Of a stretch of DNA of 64,000 nucleotides, positions 38,663 through 48,343 are shown piece by piece. The position numbers and the translations under genes are program-made. Source of the stretch: an uncultured Bacteroides sp. (GTDB lineage: Bacteria > Bacteroidota > Bacteroidia > Bacteroidales > Bacteroidaceae); NCBI GenBank assembly GCA_944322355.1, contig CALUOT010000003.1, positions 1,549 to 65,548 of the forward strand. The letters run 5' to 3'. The stretch's first letter is position 1, and each line of letters starts with the position of its first letter. Under the pieces are notes generated by a model. It searched no databases, had not been told where the DNA came from, and saw only the letters and a program-made list of their open reading frames with translations.

Positions 38663-38680
38663 CAAAGGTACGTATATTTG
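38663..38680. promoter_or_regulatory. Overlapping divergent -7 elements for phosphoesterase (-) and ppk1 (+)
   Basis: CAAAGGTA (38663-38670) and TATATTTG (38673-38680), 2 nt apart. Confidence 0.6.
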
Positions 38681-38734
38681 TCAAACATTCATAAGCAAGA
38701 CCGGAATTTATATATCGGCCTAAATCTAATAGAC

Positions 38735-40795
38735 ATGGAGTACTCATTCTTTGATAGAGACCTTAGTTGGCTGTCGTTCAACTATCGCGTGCTTCTTGAA
38801 GCAGCCGACCCCACGTTGCCTCTGTATGAGCGCATCAATTTCATTGCGATTTACTCATCCAACCTGGAAGAGTTTTATAAGGTGCGTGTCGCCGGACACA
38901 AAGCCATCGCTATGGGTAAGGTGCCCGAAGAGGAAGAAACCGTACAATCGGCCATCGAGCTATTGGAGCAAATCAATAAGGAGGTGCTTCGTCAGCAGGA
39001 GGATCGAATTTCGATTTATGAAAAAGGCATTCTTCCTGCCTTGGAGAAGAATCATATCATTTTCTATCAGCGTAGCGAAGTGGAGCCTTTCCATCAGGAG
39101 TTTGTGTGTCGTTTCTTCCGGGAGGAGATTTTTCCTTATCTCGCTCCTGTGCCGGTGAGCAAAGACCGGGTCATCACATTCTTGCGTGACAACCGTCTTT
39201 ATTTGGCGGTGCGTCTCTATCGGAAGGATTTGCCGAAGGACCATCCGCAACGGACGGAATATTTTGTCATGAAGTTGCCTTATAGTAAAGTGCCGCGTTT
39301 CATCGAGTTACCCAAAGTGGGAAAGAATTATTACCTGATGTTCATCGAGGACATTATCAAAGCTAATATCGGGGTTATTTTCCCCGGTTACGAAGTAGAC
39401 GGAAGTTATTGTATTAAGATATCGCGCGATGCGGATATTCTGATAGATGAGACGGGGAACAGCAGGGAGTTGGTCGAACAGGTAAAAACGAGTGTGAAAA
39501 AGCGGAAGATCGGGGCGGTCTGTCGTTTTATGTACGACCGGGACATGCCGAAAGATTTTCTGGAGTTCTTGGTGGATGTGTATCACATCGACCGGAGCGA
39601 ATGGGTGCCCAGTGATAAACACTTGAATCTGGAGGACTTGAAATCTTTGCCCAATCCTAATCCGCATGTAGCTTCCCTTCATAAACCTCAGCCGTTGAAA
39701 CTTACTTATCTGGACGATGATTCGATTTTCGATTACGTGGCCGACCGCGATTTACTGTTGTATTATCCTTATCATTCTTTCGAGCATTTCATTCACTTCC
39801 TTTATGAAGCCGTGCACGACCCGATGGTCAAGGAGATTATGGTGACTCAATACCGGGTGGCCAACAATTCGGCCGTGATTAATACGCTGATTGCAGCGGC
39901 CCAGAATGGGAAAAAGGTGACGGTGTTTGTCGAGTTGAAGGCACGTTTTGATGAAGAAAACAATCTGGCAACGGCCGAAATGATGAGGGATGCCGGCATT
40001 CATATTATCTATAGTATTCCCAAACTGAAGGTACATGCCAAGGTGGCTTTGGTGCTTCGCCGGGATAAGCAGAACCATCGGTTGACCAGTTATGCTTACA
40101 TCAGTACCGGTAACTTCAATGAAAAGACCGCCCTACAGTATGCCGACATCGGTTTGTTTACCAGCAATCGGGCGATTGTCAACGACCTGCAACGGCTGTT
40201 CCGTATGTTGCAAGGCCGCTGTGTGCAACCTGTCTTCAAGCGTTTGCTGGTGGCACGTTATAATTTGTTACCCGAACTGAACCGATTGATCGATCATGAA
40301 ATAGAGTTGGCTCGAAGTGGGGTGGGCGGAAGAATTATCTTGAAGATGAATGCCTTGCAAGACCCAGTCATGATTAGCCGGTTGTACGAGGCTTCCCAAG
40401 CCGGGGTGCAAATTGATTTGATCGTGCGGGGTATCTGTTGTCTGATACCCGGACAAGCCTATAGCCGGAACATACGGATCACACGCATTGTCGATACCTT
40501 CCTGGAGCATGCCCGGGTCTGGTATTTTGGTAATGGGAGATACCCGAAACTGTTTATCGGTTCTCCCGATTGGATGCGTCGCAACTTGTATCGGCGTATT
40601 GAGGCGGTTACACCGATATTGGATAAACGGTTGAAGAAAGAATTGATGGATATGCTTTGGATACAACTGTCGGATGGGCGGAAGGCTTGTTTCTTGGACG
40701 ATAAGCTGCGTAATTGTTGGAAGTCGCCTGTTCCTTATAAGGAAAAGGTGCGTGCGCAATATACTTTCTATGAATATATAAAAGCTCGTTTGTAA
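38735..40795 (+). CDS. ppk1: Polyphosphate kinase 1
   Basis: RDLSWLSFNYRVL, VELKARFDEENN, KVHAK (phospho-His), TGNFNE, FLEHAR, DWMRRNL; start MEYSFF at 38735. Confidence 0.96.
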   Translation: MEYSFFDRDLSWLSFNYRVLLEAADPTLPLYERINFIAIYSSNLEEFYKVRVAGHKAIAMGKVPEEEETVQSAIELLEQINKEVLRQQEDRISIYEKGILPALEKNHIIFYQRSEVEPFHQEFVCRFFREEIFPYLAPVPVSKDRVITFLRDNRLYLAVRLYRKDLPKDHPQRTEYFVMKLPYSKVPRFIELPKVGKNYYLMFIEDIIKANIGVIFPGYEVDGSYCIKISRDADILIDETGNSRELVEQVKTSVKKRKIGAVCRFMYDRDMPKDFLEFLVDVYHIDRSEWVPSDKHLNLEDLKSLPNPNPHVASLHKPQPLKLTYLDDDSIFDYVADRDLLLYYPYHSFEHFIHFLYEAVHDPMVKEIMVTQYRVANNSAVINTLIAAAQNGKKVTVFVELKARFDEENNLATAEMMRDAGIHIIYSIPKLKVHAKVALVLRRDKQNHRLTSYAYISTGNFNEKTALQYADIGLFTSNRAIVNDLQRLFRMLQGRCVQPVFKRLLVARYNLLPELNRLIDHEIELARSGVGGRIILKMNALQDPVMISRLYEASQAGVQIDLIVRGICCLIPGQAYSRNIRITRIVDTFLEHARVWYFGNGRYPKLFIGSPDWMRRNLYRRIEAVTPILDKRLKKELMDMLWIQLSDGRKACFLDDKLRNCWKSPVPYKEKVRAQYTFYEYIKARL

Positions 40796-40847
40796 CACGA
40801 ATGTAATATGTATGACAACCCGGTGTAATAGAAACAACCGTCCTTTG
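40791..40847 (+). promoter_or_regulatory. Pho-box-like 11-bp direct repeats plus degenerate -7 upstream of the phosphate transporter
   Basis: TGTAACA 40791, TGTAATA 40802, TGACAAC 40813, TGTAATA 40824; GTCCTTTG at 40840-40847. Confidence 0.7.
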
Positions 40848-40875
40848 CAGGCGAAAATTTCACATTAATTCATAT

Positions 40876-43122
40876 ATGGAAACAATCTATTTGGCAATTG
40901 TCATTTTCCTGTTCGTCCTGGCCATATTCGATTTGGTAGTGGGCGTGAGTAACGATGCTGTGAACTTTCTGAATTCGGCTATCGGAGCCAAGGCAGCATC
41001 TTTTAAAACCATCATCTTCATAGCAGGTGTCGGAGTCTTCATTGGTGCAGCGCTGAGTAATGGTATGATGGATATTGCTCGGCACGGCATTTATCAGCCG
41101 CAGCATTTCTATTTTGCGGAACTCATGTGTATTTTATTGGCCGTCATGCTGACGGATGTGGTGTTGCTTGATGTGTTCAATACCATGGGTATGCCTACTT
41201 CTACTACTGTTTCTATGGTGTTCGAATTGTTGGGAGGTACCTTTGCTTTAGCCTTGATCAAGGTCTATGCCAGCGATGGGGCATTGGGTTTGGGAGACCT
41301 GATTAATACCGATAAGGCGTTGTCGGTCATTATGGCCATCTTTGTGTCGGTAGCTATTGCCTTTTTCTTCGGTATGTTGGTGCAGTGGTTGGCTCGTATT
41401 GTTTTTTCGTTCAACTACAGAGCCCGCATGAAGTATAGCATCGGCATCTTCGGAGGAATCGCTGCTACGAGCATTATCTATTTCATGCTGATACAAGGCT
41501 TGAAAGATAGCTCGTTTATGACCCCCGAATACAAACAGTGGATACACGATAACACATGGGAACTGGTAGGAGGTTTCTTTGTGTTCTTCACGCTTCTGAT
41601 GCAGGTGCTCCATATCTGCAAGGTGAATGTTTTCAAAGTGATAGTACTGATGGGTACTTTTGCCTTGGCACTTGCTTTTGCCGGCAATGACTTGGTGAAC
41701 TTCATTGGGGTGCCCTTGGCCGGTTATTCCTCTTTCCTGGACTACATGGCCAACGGACAGGAGGCAGGTCCTAACGGTTTCTTGATGACTTCTTTGTTAG
41801 GCTCTGCTCAGACACCGTGGTATTTCTTGGTAGGCGCAGGAGCTGTCATGGTTATCGCTTTGGCCACTTCGAAGAAGGCACACAATGTTATCAAAACTTC
41901 CGTAGACTTGTCCCGTCAGGACGAAGGAGAGGAGAACTTCGGTAGTACACCGATAGCCCGCACCTTGGTGCGTTTCAGCCTGACATTGGCTAACGGCATT
42001 TCCCGGATTACGCCCGAAAGCACCAAGCGCTGGATAGATACCCGTTTCCGCAAAGATGAGGCTATTATTGCCGACGGTGCTGCATTCGACATGGTGCGTG
42101 CTTCTGTCAATCTGGTGTTGGCCGGTTTGTTGATTGCTTTGGGTACTTCATTGAAATTGCCTCTCTCCACTACGTATGTTACGTTTATGGTGGCTATGGG
42201 TAGCTCCTTGGCCGACCGTGCTTGGGGACGCGATTCGGCCGTGTTCCGCATTACGGGTGTATTGAGTGTCATCGGTGGTTGGTTCATCACGGCCGGTGCT
42301 GCATTCACGTTCTGTTTCTTTGTGACCATATTTATTCATTACGGAGGCTCAATAGCCATTCTGCTACTGATAGCTTTGGCCGTATTCTTGCTGATTAGAA
42401 GCCAGGTGATGTTCAAGAAGCGTAAAGCTAAAGAACAAGTCAACGAAACCCTGAAACAATTGCTCAGTAGTTCGGATAACAGCGAAGTGTTGCGGTTGTT
42501 ACAAGTACATACGCGGGAGGAATTAAGCAAAGTACTTGCCTTCACCGAAGAGAACTTTGAGCGTATTTCTACTTCTTTCTTGCACGAGAATTTGCGTGGT
42601 TTGCGTCGTTCCATGGGTTCGGTGAAGTTCGAGAAGCAACTCATCAAGCAAATGAAACGTACCGGAACATTGGCTATGAGCCACTTGGATAACAACACGA
42701 TTCTGGAAAAGGGGCTTTACTATTATCAGGGTAATGACTTTGCCAGCGAGTTGGTGTACAGCGTGGGCCGTTTGTGTGAGCCTTGCTTGGAGCATGTGGA
42801 CAATAACTTCAAACCGCTGGATGCCATTCAGAAAGGGGAGTTTGCCGATATAACGACAGAGATTATCAAGCAGTTGCAAGTTTGTCGTAGCCGTATAGAG
42901 GATAACAATTATGACGGTATGGAGGCTGATATACGCAAGGCGAACGACCTGAACGGACAGCTGGCCCATCTGAAACGGGAAGAGTTGCAACGCATCCAGA
43001 GTCATACGGGAAGCATCAAAGTCAGCATGGTGTATCTGACGATGGTGCAAGAGGCTCAGAATGTAGTGACGTATGCCAACAACTTGTTGAAGGTAAGTCG
43101 TAAGTTTCAGTTTGAGGAATAA
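40876..43122 (+). CDS. PiT-family inorganic phosphate transporter with C-terminal PhoU-like helical domain
   Basis: GVSNDAVN, GMPTSTT, AGNDLVN, LPLSTT signature pairs; soluble helical C-terminus. Confidence 0.92.
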   Translation: METIYLAIVIFLFVLAIFDLVVGVSNDAVNFLNSAIGAKAASFKTIIFIAGVGVFIGAALSNGMMDIARHGIYQPQHFYFAELMCILLAVMLTDVVLLDVFNTMGMPTSTTVSMVFELLGGTFALALIKVYASDGALGLGDLINTDKALSVIMAIFVSVAIAFFFGMLVQWLARIVFSFNYRARMKYSIGIFGGIAATSIIYFMLIQGLKDSSFMTPEYKQWIHDNTWELVGGFFVFFTLLMQVLHICKVNVFKVIVLMGTFALALAFAGNDLVNFIGVPLAGYSSFLDYMANGQEAGPNGFLMTSLLGSAQTPWYFLVGAGAVMVIALATSKKAHNVIKTSVDLSRQDEGEENFGSTPIARTLVRFSLTLANGISRITPESTKRWIDTRFRKDEAIIADGAAFDMVRASVNLVLAGLLIALGTSLKLPLSTTYVTFMVAMGSSLADRAWGRDSAVFRITGVLSVIGGWFITAGAAFTFCFFVTIFIHYGGSIAILLLIALAVFLLIRSQVMFKKRKAKEQVNETLKQLLSSSDNSEVLRLLQVHTREELSKVLAFTEENFERISTSFLHENLRGLRRSMGSVKFEKQLIKQMKRTGTLAMSHLDNNTILEKGLYYYQGNDFASELVYSVGRLCEPCLEHVDNNFKPLDAIQKGEFADITTEIIKQLQVCRSRIEDNNYDGMEADIRKANDLNGQLAHLKREELQRIQSHTGSIKVSMVYLTMVQEAQNVVTYANNLLKVSRKFQFEE

Positions 43123-43154
43123 CAGAAAGGTTTCAGTTTCCTTAAAATAATAAG

Positions 43155-43193
43155 GTGGCGGTATTCATAGATAGTATGGATGCCGCCATTTTT
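43155..43193 (+). terminator. Intrinsic terminator after PiT
   Basis: GTGGCGGTATTCATA / TATGGATGCCGCCAT stem plus T run. Confidence 0.75.
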
Positions 43194-43197
43194 GTAT

Positions 43198-43288
43198 ATG
43201 GCTCACAGGAATATAAGTGCGTTGGCTCACGAATATATATGAAATGGCTCACGCACTTATATAAAATGGCCCACGAATATATAAGAAA
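43198..43288. repeat. Tandem repeat, 4 x about 22 bp (TGGCTCACGAATATATA-like)
   Basis: TGGCTCAC/TGGCCCAC recurs four times at 22-24 nt spacing. Confidence 0.85.
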
Positions 43289-43569
43289 TTTTGGCAGTAT
43301 ACAACTGACTTTTTGGCAGAATTTGGTAGGCTTAAAATGGGTGGTTTGTTATTCGTTTCCCCATATGATTTTTGCAGCTAGTCGTAGAATTGTTCTTTAT
43401 TCTTCTCCGTCAGAAACCCTTCTGGAGCCTATCTGATTAAAAAGTCTTTCGTAGATTGAAAATTTGTAGTGGGAATGTAATATTTATATGGATTATATTC
43501 ATTATCTTTGCAAGAGGAAACATATATTAATGTTTAATTAACACTTATCTATTAACAAAAGAGAGAATT

Positions 43570-46308
43570 ATGAGAAGAAATCTAATTCATTTCCTGTTGC
43601 TAGCTGTAATGTCTGTATGCAGCACGTATGTGTGGGCCCAGAACACTACAGTGAAAGGCCAGCTTGTAGATGCAGAGACTGGCGAGCCTCTGGTAGGTGC
43701 TGCCGTTATGGTGGAAGGTACTACGCAAGGTTCTGTGACCGACATTGACGGTTATTTCGAGCAAAGCGTTGCTTCGAATGCGACGTTGCTCTTCAAGTAT
43801 GTGGGCTACAAGGACCTGAAGAAGCAGGTTCCACGGAGGGGCGCCTCCGTAGACATGGGCGTCATTGAGATGCAGCCGGACGCGGTGTTGCTCAACGATG
43901 TGGTTATTACTTCTTCTGTGGCTATCGCGCGTAAGACACCGGTAGCGGTTTCTACTGTAACGCCAGCTTTTATTGAGGAGAATCTGGGTACGAAGGAATT
44001 TCCTGAAATATTAAATTCAACTCCTAGTGTATATGCAACGAAGAAAGGTGGTGGATTTGGTGATTCGGAAATCCGTATGCGTGGCTTTGAATCGGAAAAT
44101 ATTGCTGTAATGATTAATGGTGTACCGATGAATGATATGGAGTGGGGTGGAGTTTATTGGTCTAATTGGGCAGGTCTTTCCGATGTAACCCGTAGCATGC
44201 AGACACAACGTGGTTTGGGTGCCTCCAAAGTGTCCGCTCCATCAGTGGGTGGTTCAATTAACATTGTAACCAATTCTGTAGAAGCTAAGCGAGGTGGTTC
44301 TATTTCGTATGCAATGGGAAATGATGGCTACAATAAAGTTATGTTTAATGTTTCTACCGGACTGAGTAAATCGGGATGGGCACTTACTTTGTTGGGGGCT
44401 AAAACGTGGGGTGATGGTTATATTCAAGGAACTGAATTTGAAGCTTATAATTGGTTTGTTAATATAGCTAAGCGCTTTAATGATAATCATCAGTTATCGT
44501 TTACAGCATTCGGTGCTCCGCAATGGCACAATCAACGTGACAATAGTGGTATGAAAATATCTGAGTGGCAGACGGTAGCTGAACGCTATATGAATGGTAA
44601 AAGTCCTTATCGTTATAATCCTACTTATGGGCATGGCATTAATGGTGAACGTAAAACTGCAGACTACAATACGTATCATAAACCGCAATTGTCACTGAAT
44701 CATTTATGGCAAATTGATCATAAGTCTTCGTTGAGTACAGCCGTGTATGCTTCTATCGGTACCGGTGGTGGTTATAGTGGTCAAGGTTTAACCTCTGATG
44801 ATCGTTACAAATGGTATGGAACGGATACGGAAGGTAATCTGAATACTTATTTTCGCAATGCAGATGGATCATTTGCTTACGATAAAGTTTATGAATATAA
44901 TCAAGAGAGCGAAAATGGTTCGCGTATGGCCATGTCTAAATCAATCAATAAACACACATGGCTTGGTTTGATTTCTACTTATACGACCAAATTTGGTGAG
45001 AATTGGGATTTTTATGGGGGTATTGATTTCCGTTATTATAAAGGAGTACATACCAATGAGTTGGTGGATCTTTATGGCGGTGAATATTTTATAGACTCTT
45101 CTTCTCGTGAGAGCGTGTTGGTTGAGAATAATGCGGCAGCGGCAGCAGGATCAGCCTACGTTAATCAAAAATTGAAAGTGGGTGATGTGGTTTATCGAGA
45201 TTATGATGGCTATACATTGCAGGAGGGAGCTTTTGCACAGGCTGAATACAATCGTGATAAACTGAGTGCGTTTGTTGCCGGTTCTATTTCAAATACAGGT
45301 TACTGGCGTTACGACCGTTTTTATTATGATGAGGCTCACGCGAAGTCTGAAACCGTAAATTTCTTAGGTTGGACAGCTAAGGGAGGTGCGAATTTTAACA
45401 TTACGGAGAACCATAATGTCTTTGCCAACGTAGGTTATATCAGCCGTGCTCCATTCTTCTCATATGGTGCATTTTTGCAGTCAACGACTAGCAATATGGT
45501 TAATCCGGATGCAGTGAATGAGAAAGTGTTCTCCGCAGAGTTAGGATATGGATTCAAGTCCAGTTGGTTGACCGCTAACGTTAACCTCTATCATACGAAG
45601 TGGATGAACAAAACTATGAGCCGTGGTATCGACTTGCGTAGTGGAGGCGTGTTTGTGGATCGTATCAGTATTAACCTGAGTGGTATGAATGCGATTCATC
45701 AAGGTATTGAGTTGGATCTTGTAGCCAAACCATTCCATTGGTTGGATGTGCGTGGTATGTTCTCTATTGGTAACTGGCGTTGGGATTGTGAGGCTACGGG
45801 CTATTTCTATGACTCATCCGGTCAGCCTGTATCCAGTTGGACAAATAATGGCGAAATCATTCATGCGTCGGGCATTCAGGCTGAAGATCATGCATCGGCT
45901 ACCATCAGACTGGATGGAACCAAAGTCGGTAACTCAGCTCAGACAACGGCAGCTATCGGATTGAATGCCAGAGTTTCGAAAGATCTTCGTGTGGGACTCA
46001 ACTGGAATTACTTTGGACGCAACTATGCTGATTGGTCGTTGACAGGTAATGATCTTTACGCAGGGACTGTTATTGAACGCGGTGACCCGTGGCAGATACC
46101 TTCGTCGCATGTATTTGATCTGAATGCAAGTTATAGTTTCAATATTGGTAAGGTTAAGGCTATACTTTCCGGTAATGTGGATAATTTATTTAACAATATC
46201 TATATCACTGATGCAGAAGATGAAGAGAATACTGGCAATTGGGAAGATGTATCTGTGCTTTATTCTTTTGGACGTACTTACTCATTGAGACTTAAAATCA
46301 ATTTCTAA
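43570..46308 (+). CDS. TonB-dependent outer-membrane receptor (non-SusC type)
   Basis: Signal peptide (WA-Q), N-terminal extension GEPLVGA..TDIDGYF, plug MRGF...INGVPMND...GGSINIVT, C-terminal Phe; -7 TATCTTTG at 43503-43510. Confidence 0.93.
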   Translation: MRRNLIHFLLLAVMSVCSTYVWAQNTTVKGQLVDAETGEPLVGAAVMVEGTTQGSVTDIDGYFEQSVASNATLLFKYVGYKDLKKQVPRRGASVDMGVIEMQPDAVLLNDVVITSSVAIARKTPVAVSTVTPAFIEENLGTKEFPEILNSTPSVYATKKGGGFGDSEIRMRGFESENIAVMINGVPMNDMEWGGVYWSNWAGLSDVTRSMQTQRGLGASKVSAPSVGGSINIVTNSVEAKRGGSISYAMGNDGYNKVMFNVSTGLSKSGWALTLLGAKTWGDGYIQGTEFEAYNWFVNIAKRFNDNHQLSFTAFGAPQWHNQRDNSGMKISEWQTVAERYMNGKSPYRYNPTYGHGINGERKTADYNTYHKPQLSLNHLWQIDHKSSLSTAVYASIGTGGGYSGQGLTSDDRYKWYGTDTEGNLNTYFRNADGSFAYDKVYEYNQESENGSRMAMSKSINKHTWLGLISTYTTKFGENWDFYGGIDFRYYKGVHTNELVDLYGGEYFIDSSSRESVLVENNAAAAAGSAYVNQKLKVGDVVYRDYDGYTLQEGAFAQAEYNRDKLSAFVAGSISNTGYWRYDRFYYDEAHAKSETVNFLGWTAKGGANFNITENHNVFANVGYISRAPFFSYGAFLQSTTSNMVNPDAVNEKVFSAELGYGFKSSWLTANVNLYHTKWMNKTMSRGIDLRSGGVFVDRISINLSGMNAIHQGIELDLVAKPFHWLDVRGMFSIGNWRWDCEATGYFYDSSGQPVSSWTNNGEIIHASGIQAEDHASATIRLDGTKVGNSAQTTAAIGLNARVSKDLRVGLNWNYFGRNYADWSLTGNDLYAGTVIERGDPWQIPSSHVFDLNASYSFNIGKVKAILSGNVDNLFNNIYITDAEDEENTGNWEDVSVLYSFGRTYSLRLKINF

Positions 46309-46323
46309 ACTATTTTAAGAATA

Positions 46324-48234
46324 ATGGATATGAAAAAACAATATATAGTTCCGTTGCTGACATCTTTGTTGACGTTGAGTGCATGTAACCATGTAGAAGA
46401 TGACTTTGATGGTATTGAACAAATTGAGCGTCCGACGAATGTTTTCACGAAGGAATATGCATTGACAGTTGAAGATTATGCAACTATAGCGAGCTTGTCA
46501 GCTAATAGGAGTTTAGCTGAAGCTAATGGGGTGAGTGATCAGCTTTCTGCTTTGAGTACTTCGTTGGCTTTTACGGATGAACTTCCGGCCTCTGATTATG
46601 TACCGGCTTTTTTGGCTGAAACTTGGTTTTCGGCAGATGATGGTTCGGCTATTCGTGTTACCTATAACCAACGCACTCCTTATACAGATACTGAACGTGC
46701 TATTAATTCGGCCACAATGTATACTGTTACAGATGACGATTATTTGAGTGCTTGGGATGGAGTGGCTAATAATTTCTTTACTCCTACTGTAAGTGCTTCG
46801 AGATATGTACCAACTATATTGGCTAATGCACGTCCTAATGCATCAGAAGGTGATGTCGTATTGGTGGATTATAATTATTCGGAAACAGAGCCTGTCGGTG
46901 CGGCACCTGCTTTAGATGAAGATTTCGAAGGCCTTTGGACCGGGACTGTTTATACTGCAGAAGTACCCGGATGGCAGAATATCGTAACAGTAGGTACTTA
47001 TGCTTGGTCCGGACGTATATATAGTGGCAATTCTTATATACAGCAAAGTGCGTACAATCATCAAGCTGGCGTGTTGGAGTCTTATATGATTTCTCCGAGA
47101 ATCACTGTGGAGAATGGGATGAGCTTGACCTTTGATGCTTGTTATGGAAATTATCGGGAAGCAGGTGGACGTCTTAGCTTACTTTATATAGAGGCCTCTC
47201 AGCTGCCTGATTTTCAAGAGACAACGGTCGCTGCTGCTAATTGGGTAGATATTTCAGATGCTGTCAATATTCCGGTTCCTACGGGACAATATGGCACTTT
47301 GGCCAATGTGTGTGATTATGATTTGTCCGATTTGGCCGGAAGAGAAATCTACATAGCTTTCCGCTATAATGGGGATAATGAAAGTGCCACTACAACGGTA
47401 CAGATAGATAATGTGGCCATACAAGCTGCTTCAAGTGGTGCTGTTGAACTTGAAACGGAAACAGTTAGTGACCTGTTCCGTTTTGACGGTTCTCAGTGGC
47501 AATTATTCGATGAAGCTTTGTCACTTGATGAAGCTGACTATCAAGCTATGGGTAGCAACTATGGTAATCTTAGTAACTCTATGCTTCCAGATAACTATTT
47601 ACCTATTTATCTGGCACAGACCTACCCCTATGCACAAGAAGAAGACTGTTACACGATTGCTTATAAATATTATGATGGGAGCAATACGACTGTACAGTGT
47701 AGCACTTATTCTTATGTGGAAGGTACATGGCAGTCTACTGCTGTAGCAACTGTTACTAATCAATTTGTAATGACTAATGGTGAGTGGTTCTATAATCCAA
47801 GTGTAACAATTACATTGGAGGTTGGTAGAGGAATTGAAGCATCATCCACTTTCTATCAGGCTATTACCGATTGGGTAGCAGATAATTATCCAGAATATGT
47901 TACGGGCTATGGTAATAATGACTATTATTATGGTGGATCGGCTTATCAAAATAATTTTGACTTCCGTGTGAGTGCATGGAAAGGACAGGGTACCTATAAT
48001 GGTATGACGGATGAAGAAATTTCTAATTTGATGTGGGAACGTTTACCTGAAGCATTTCCCCATGCCTTGGAAGTACTTTATCCTGATGCTTCCCCCGTGG
48101 AAGGCATTGAAGTGATTTACACGATTAACTTCGGTATCTATGACGGCACCACGACGACATGGACTATCCAATATGAAGTAACCGGTGTAGGTCAGTTCAC
48201 TTATGTGGAAGGTAGCTTGATGCAAGCCCAATAA
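46324..48234 (+). CDS. Acidic surface lipoprotein with a choice-of-anchor-J/DUF5017-like beta-sandwich
   Basis: Lipobox LSAC followed by acidic NHVEDDFD; central EDFEG...MISP...DLSDLAGREIYIAFRY...QIDNV; repeated L..DY..(A/M) modules. Confidence 0.8.
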   Translation: MDMKKQYIVPLLTSLLTLSACNHVEDDFDGIEQIERPTNVFTKEYALTVEDYATIASLSANRSLAEANGVSDQLSALSTSLAFTDELPASDYVPAFLAETWFSADDGSAIRVTYNQRTPYTDTERAINSATMYTVTDDDYLSAWDGVANNFFTPTVSASRYVPTILANARPNASEGDVVLVDYNYSETEPVGAAPALDEDFEGLWTGTVYTAEVPGWQNIVTVGTYAWSGRIYSGNSYIQQSAYNHQAGVLESYMISPRITVENGMSLTFDACYGNYREAGGRLSLLYIEASQLPDFQETTVAAANWVDISDAVNIPVPTGQYGTLANVCDYDLSDLAGREIYIAFRYNGDNESATTTVQIDNVAIQAASSGAVELETETVSDLFRFDGSQWQLFDEALSLDEADYQAMGSNYGNLSNSMLPDNYLPIYLAQTYPYAQEEDCYTIAYKYYDGSNTTVQCSTYSYVEGTWQSTAVATVTNQFVMTNGEWFYNPSVTITLEVGRGIEASSTFYQAITDWVADNYPEYVTGYGNNDYYYGGSAYQNNFDFRVSAWKGQGTYNGMTDEEISNLMWERLPEAFPHALEVLYPDASPVEGIEVIYTINFGIYDGTTTTWTIQYEVTGVGQFTYVEGSLMQAQ

Positions 48235-48253
48235 GAAGAGCTACTTAAACTTT

Positions 48254-48313
48254 AAGCGCGAATTGCGTGGAACACGGATGAAGCATCCGCGTAAGTTCAT
48301 GCAATCCGCGCTT
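48254..48313. repeat. REP-like long hairpin between lipoprotein and nuclease genes
   Basis: AAGCGCGAATTGCGTGGAAC / GTTCATGCAATCCGCGCTT arms around inner CGGATG-AAG-CATCCG. Confidence 0.7.
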
Positions 48314-48343
48314 CATCATTTCAAGTTTTAAATCAATAAGCTG

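Noticed and set aside
43155-43436. 93-aa ORF between PiT and the TonB receptor
   Set aside because: Runs through a terminator hairpin and a tandem repeat; no coding signal.
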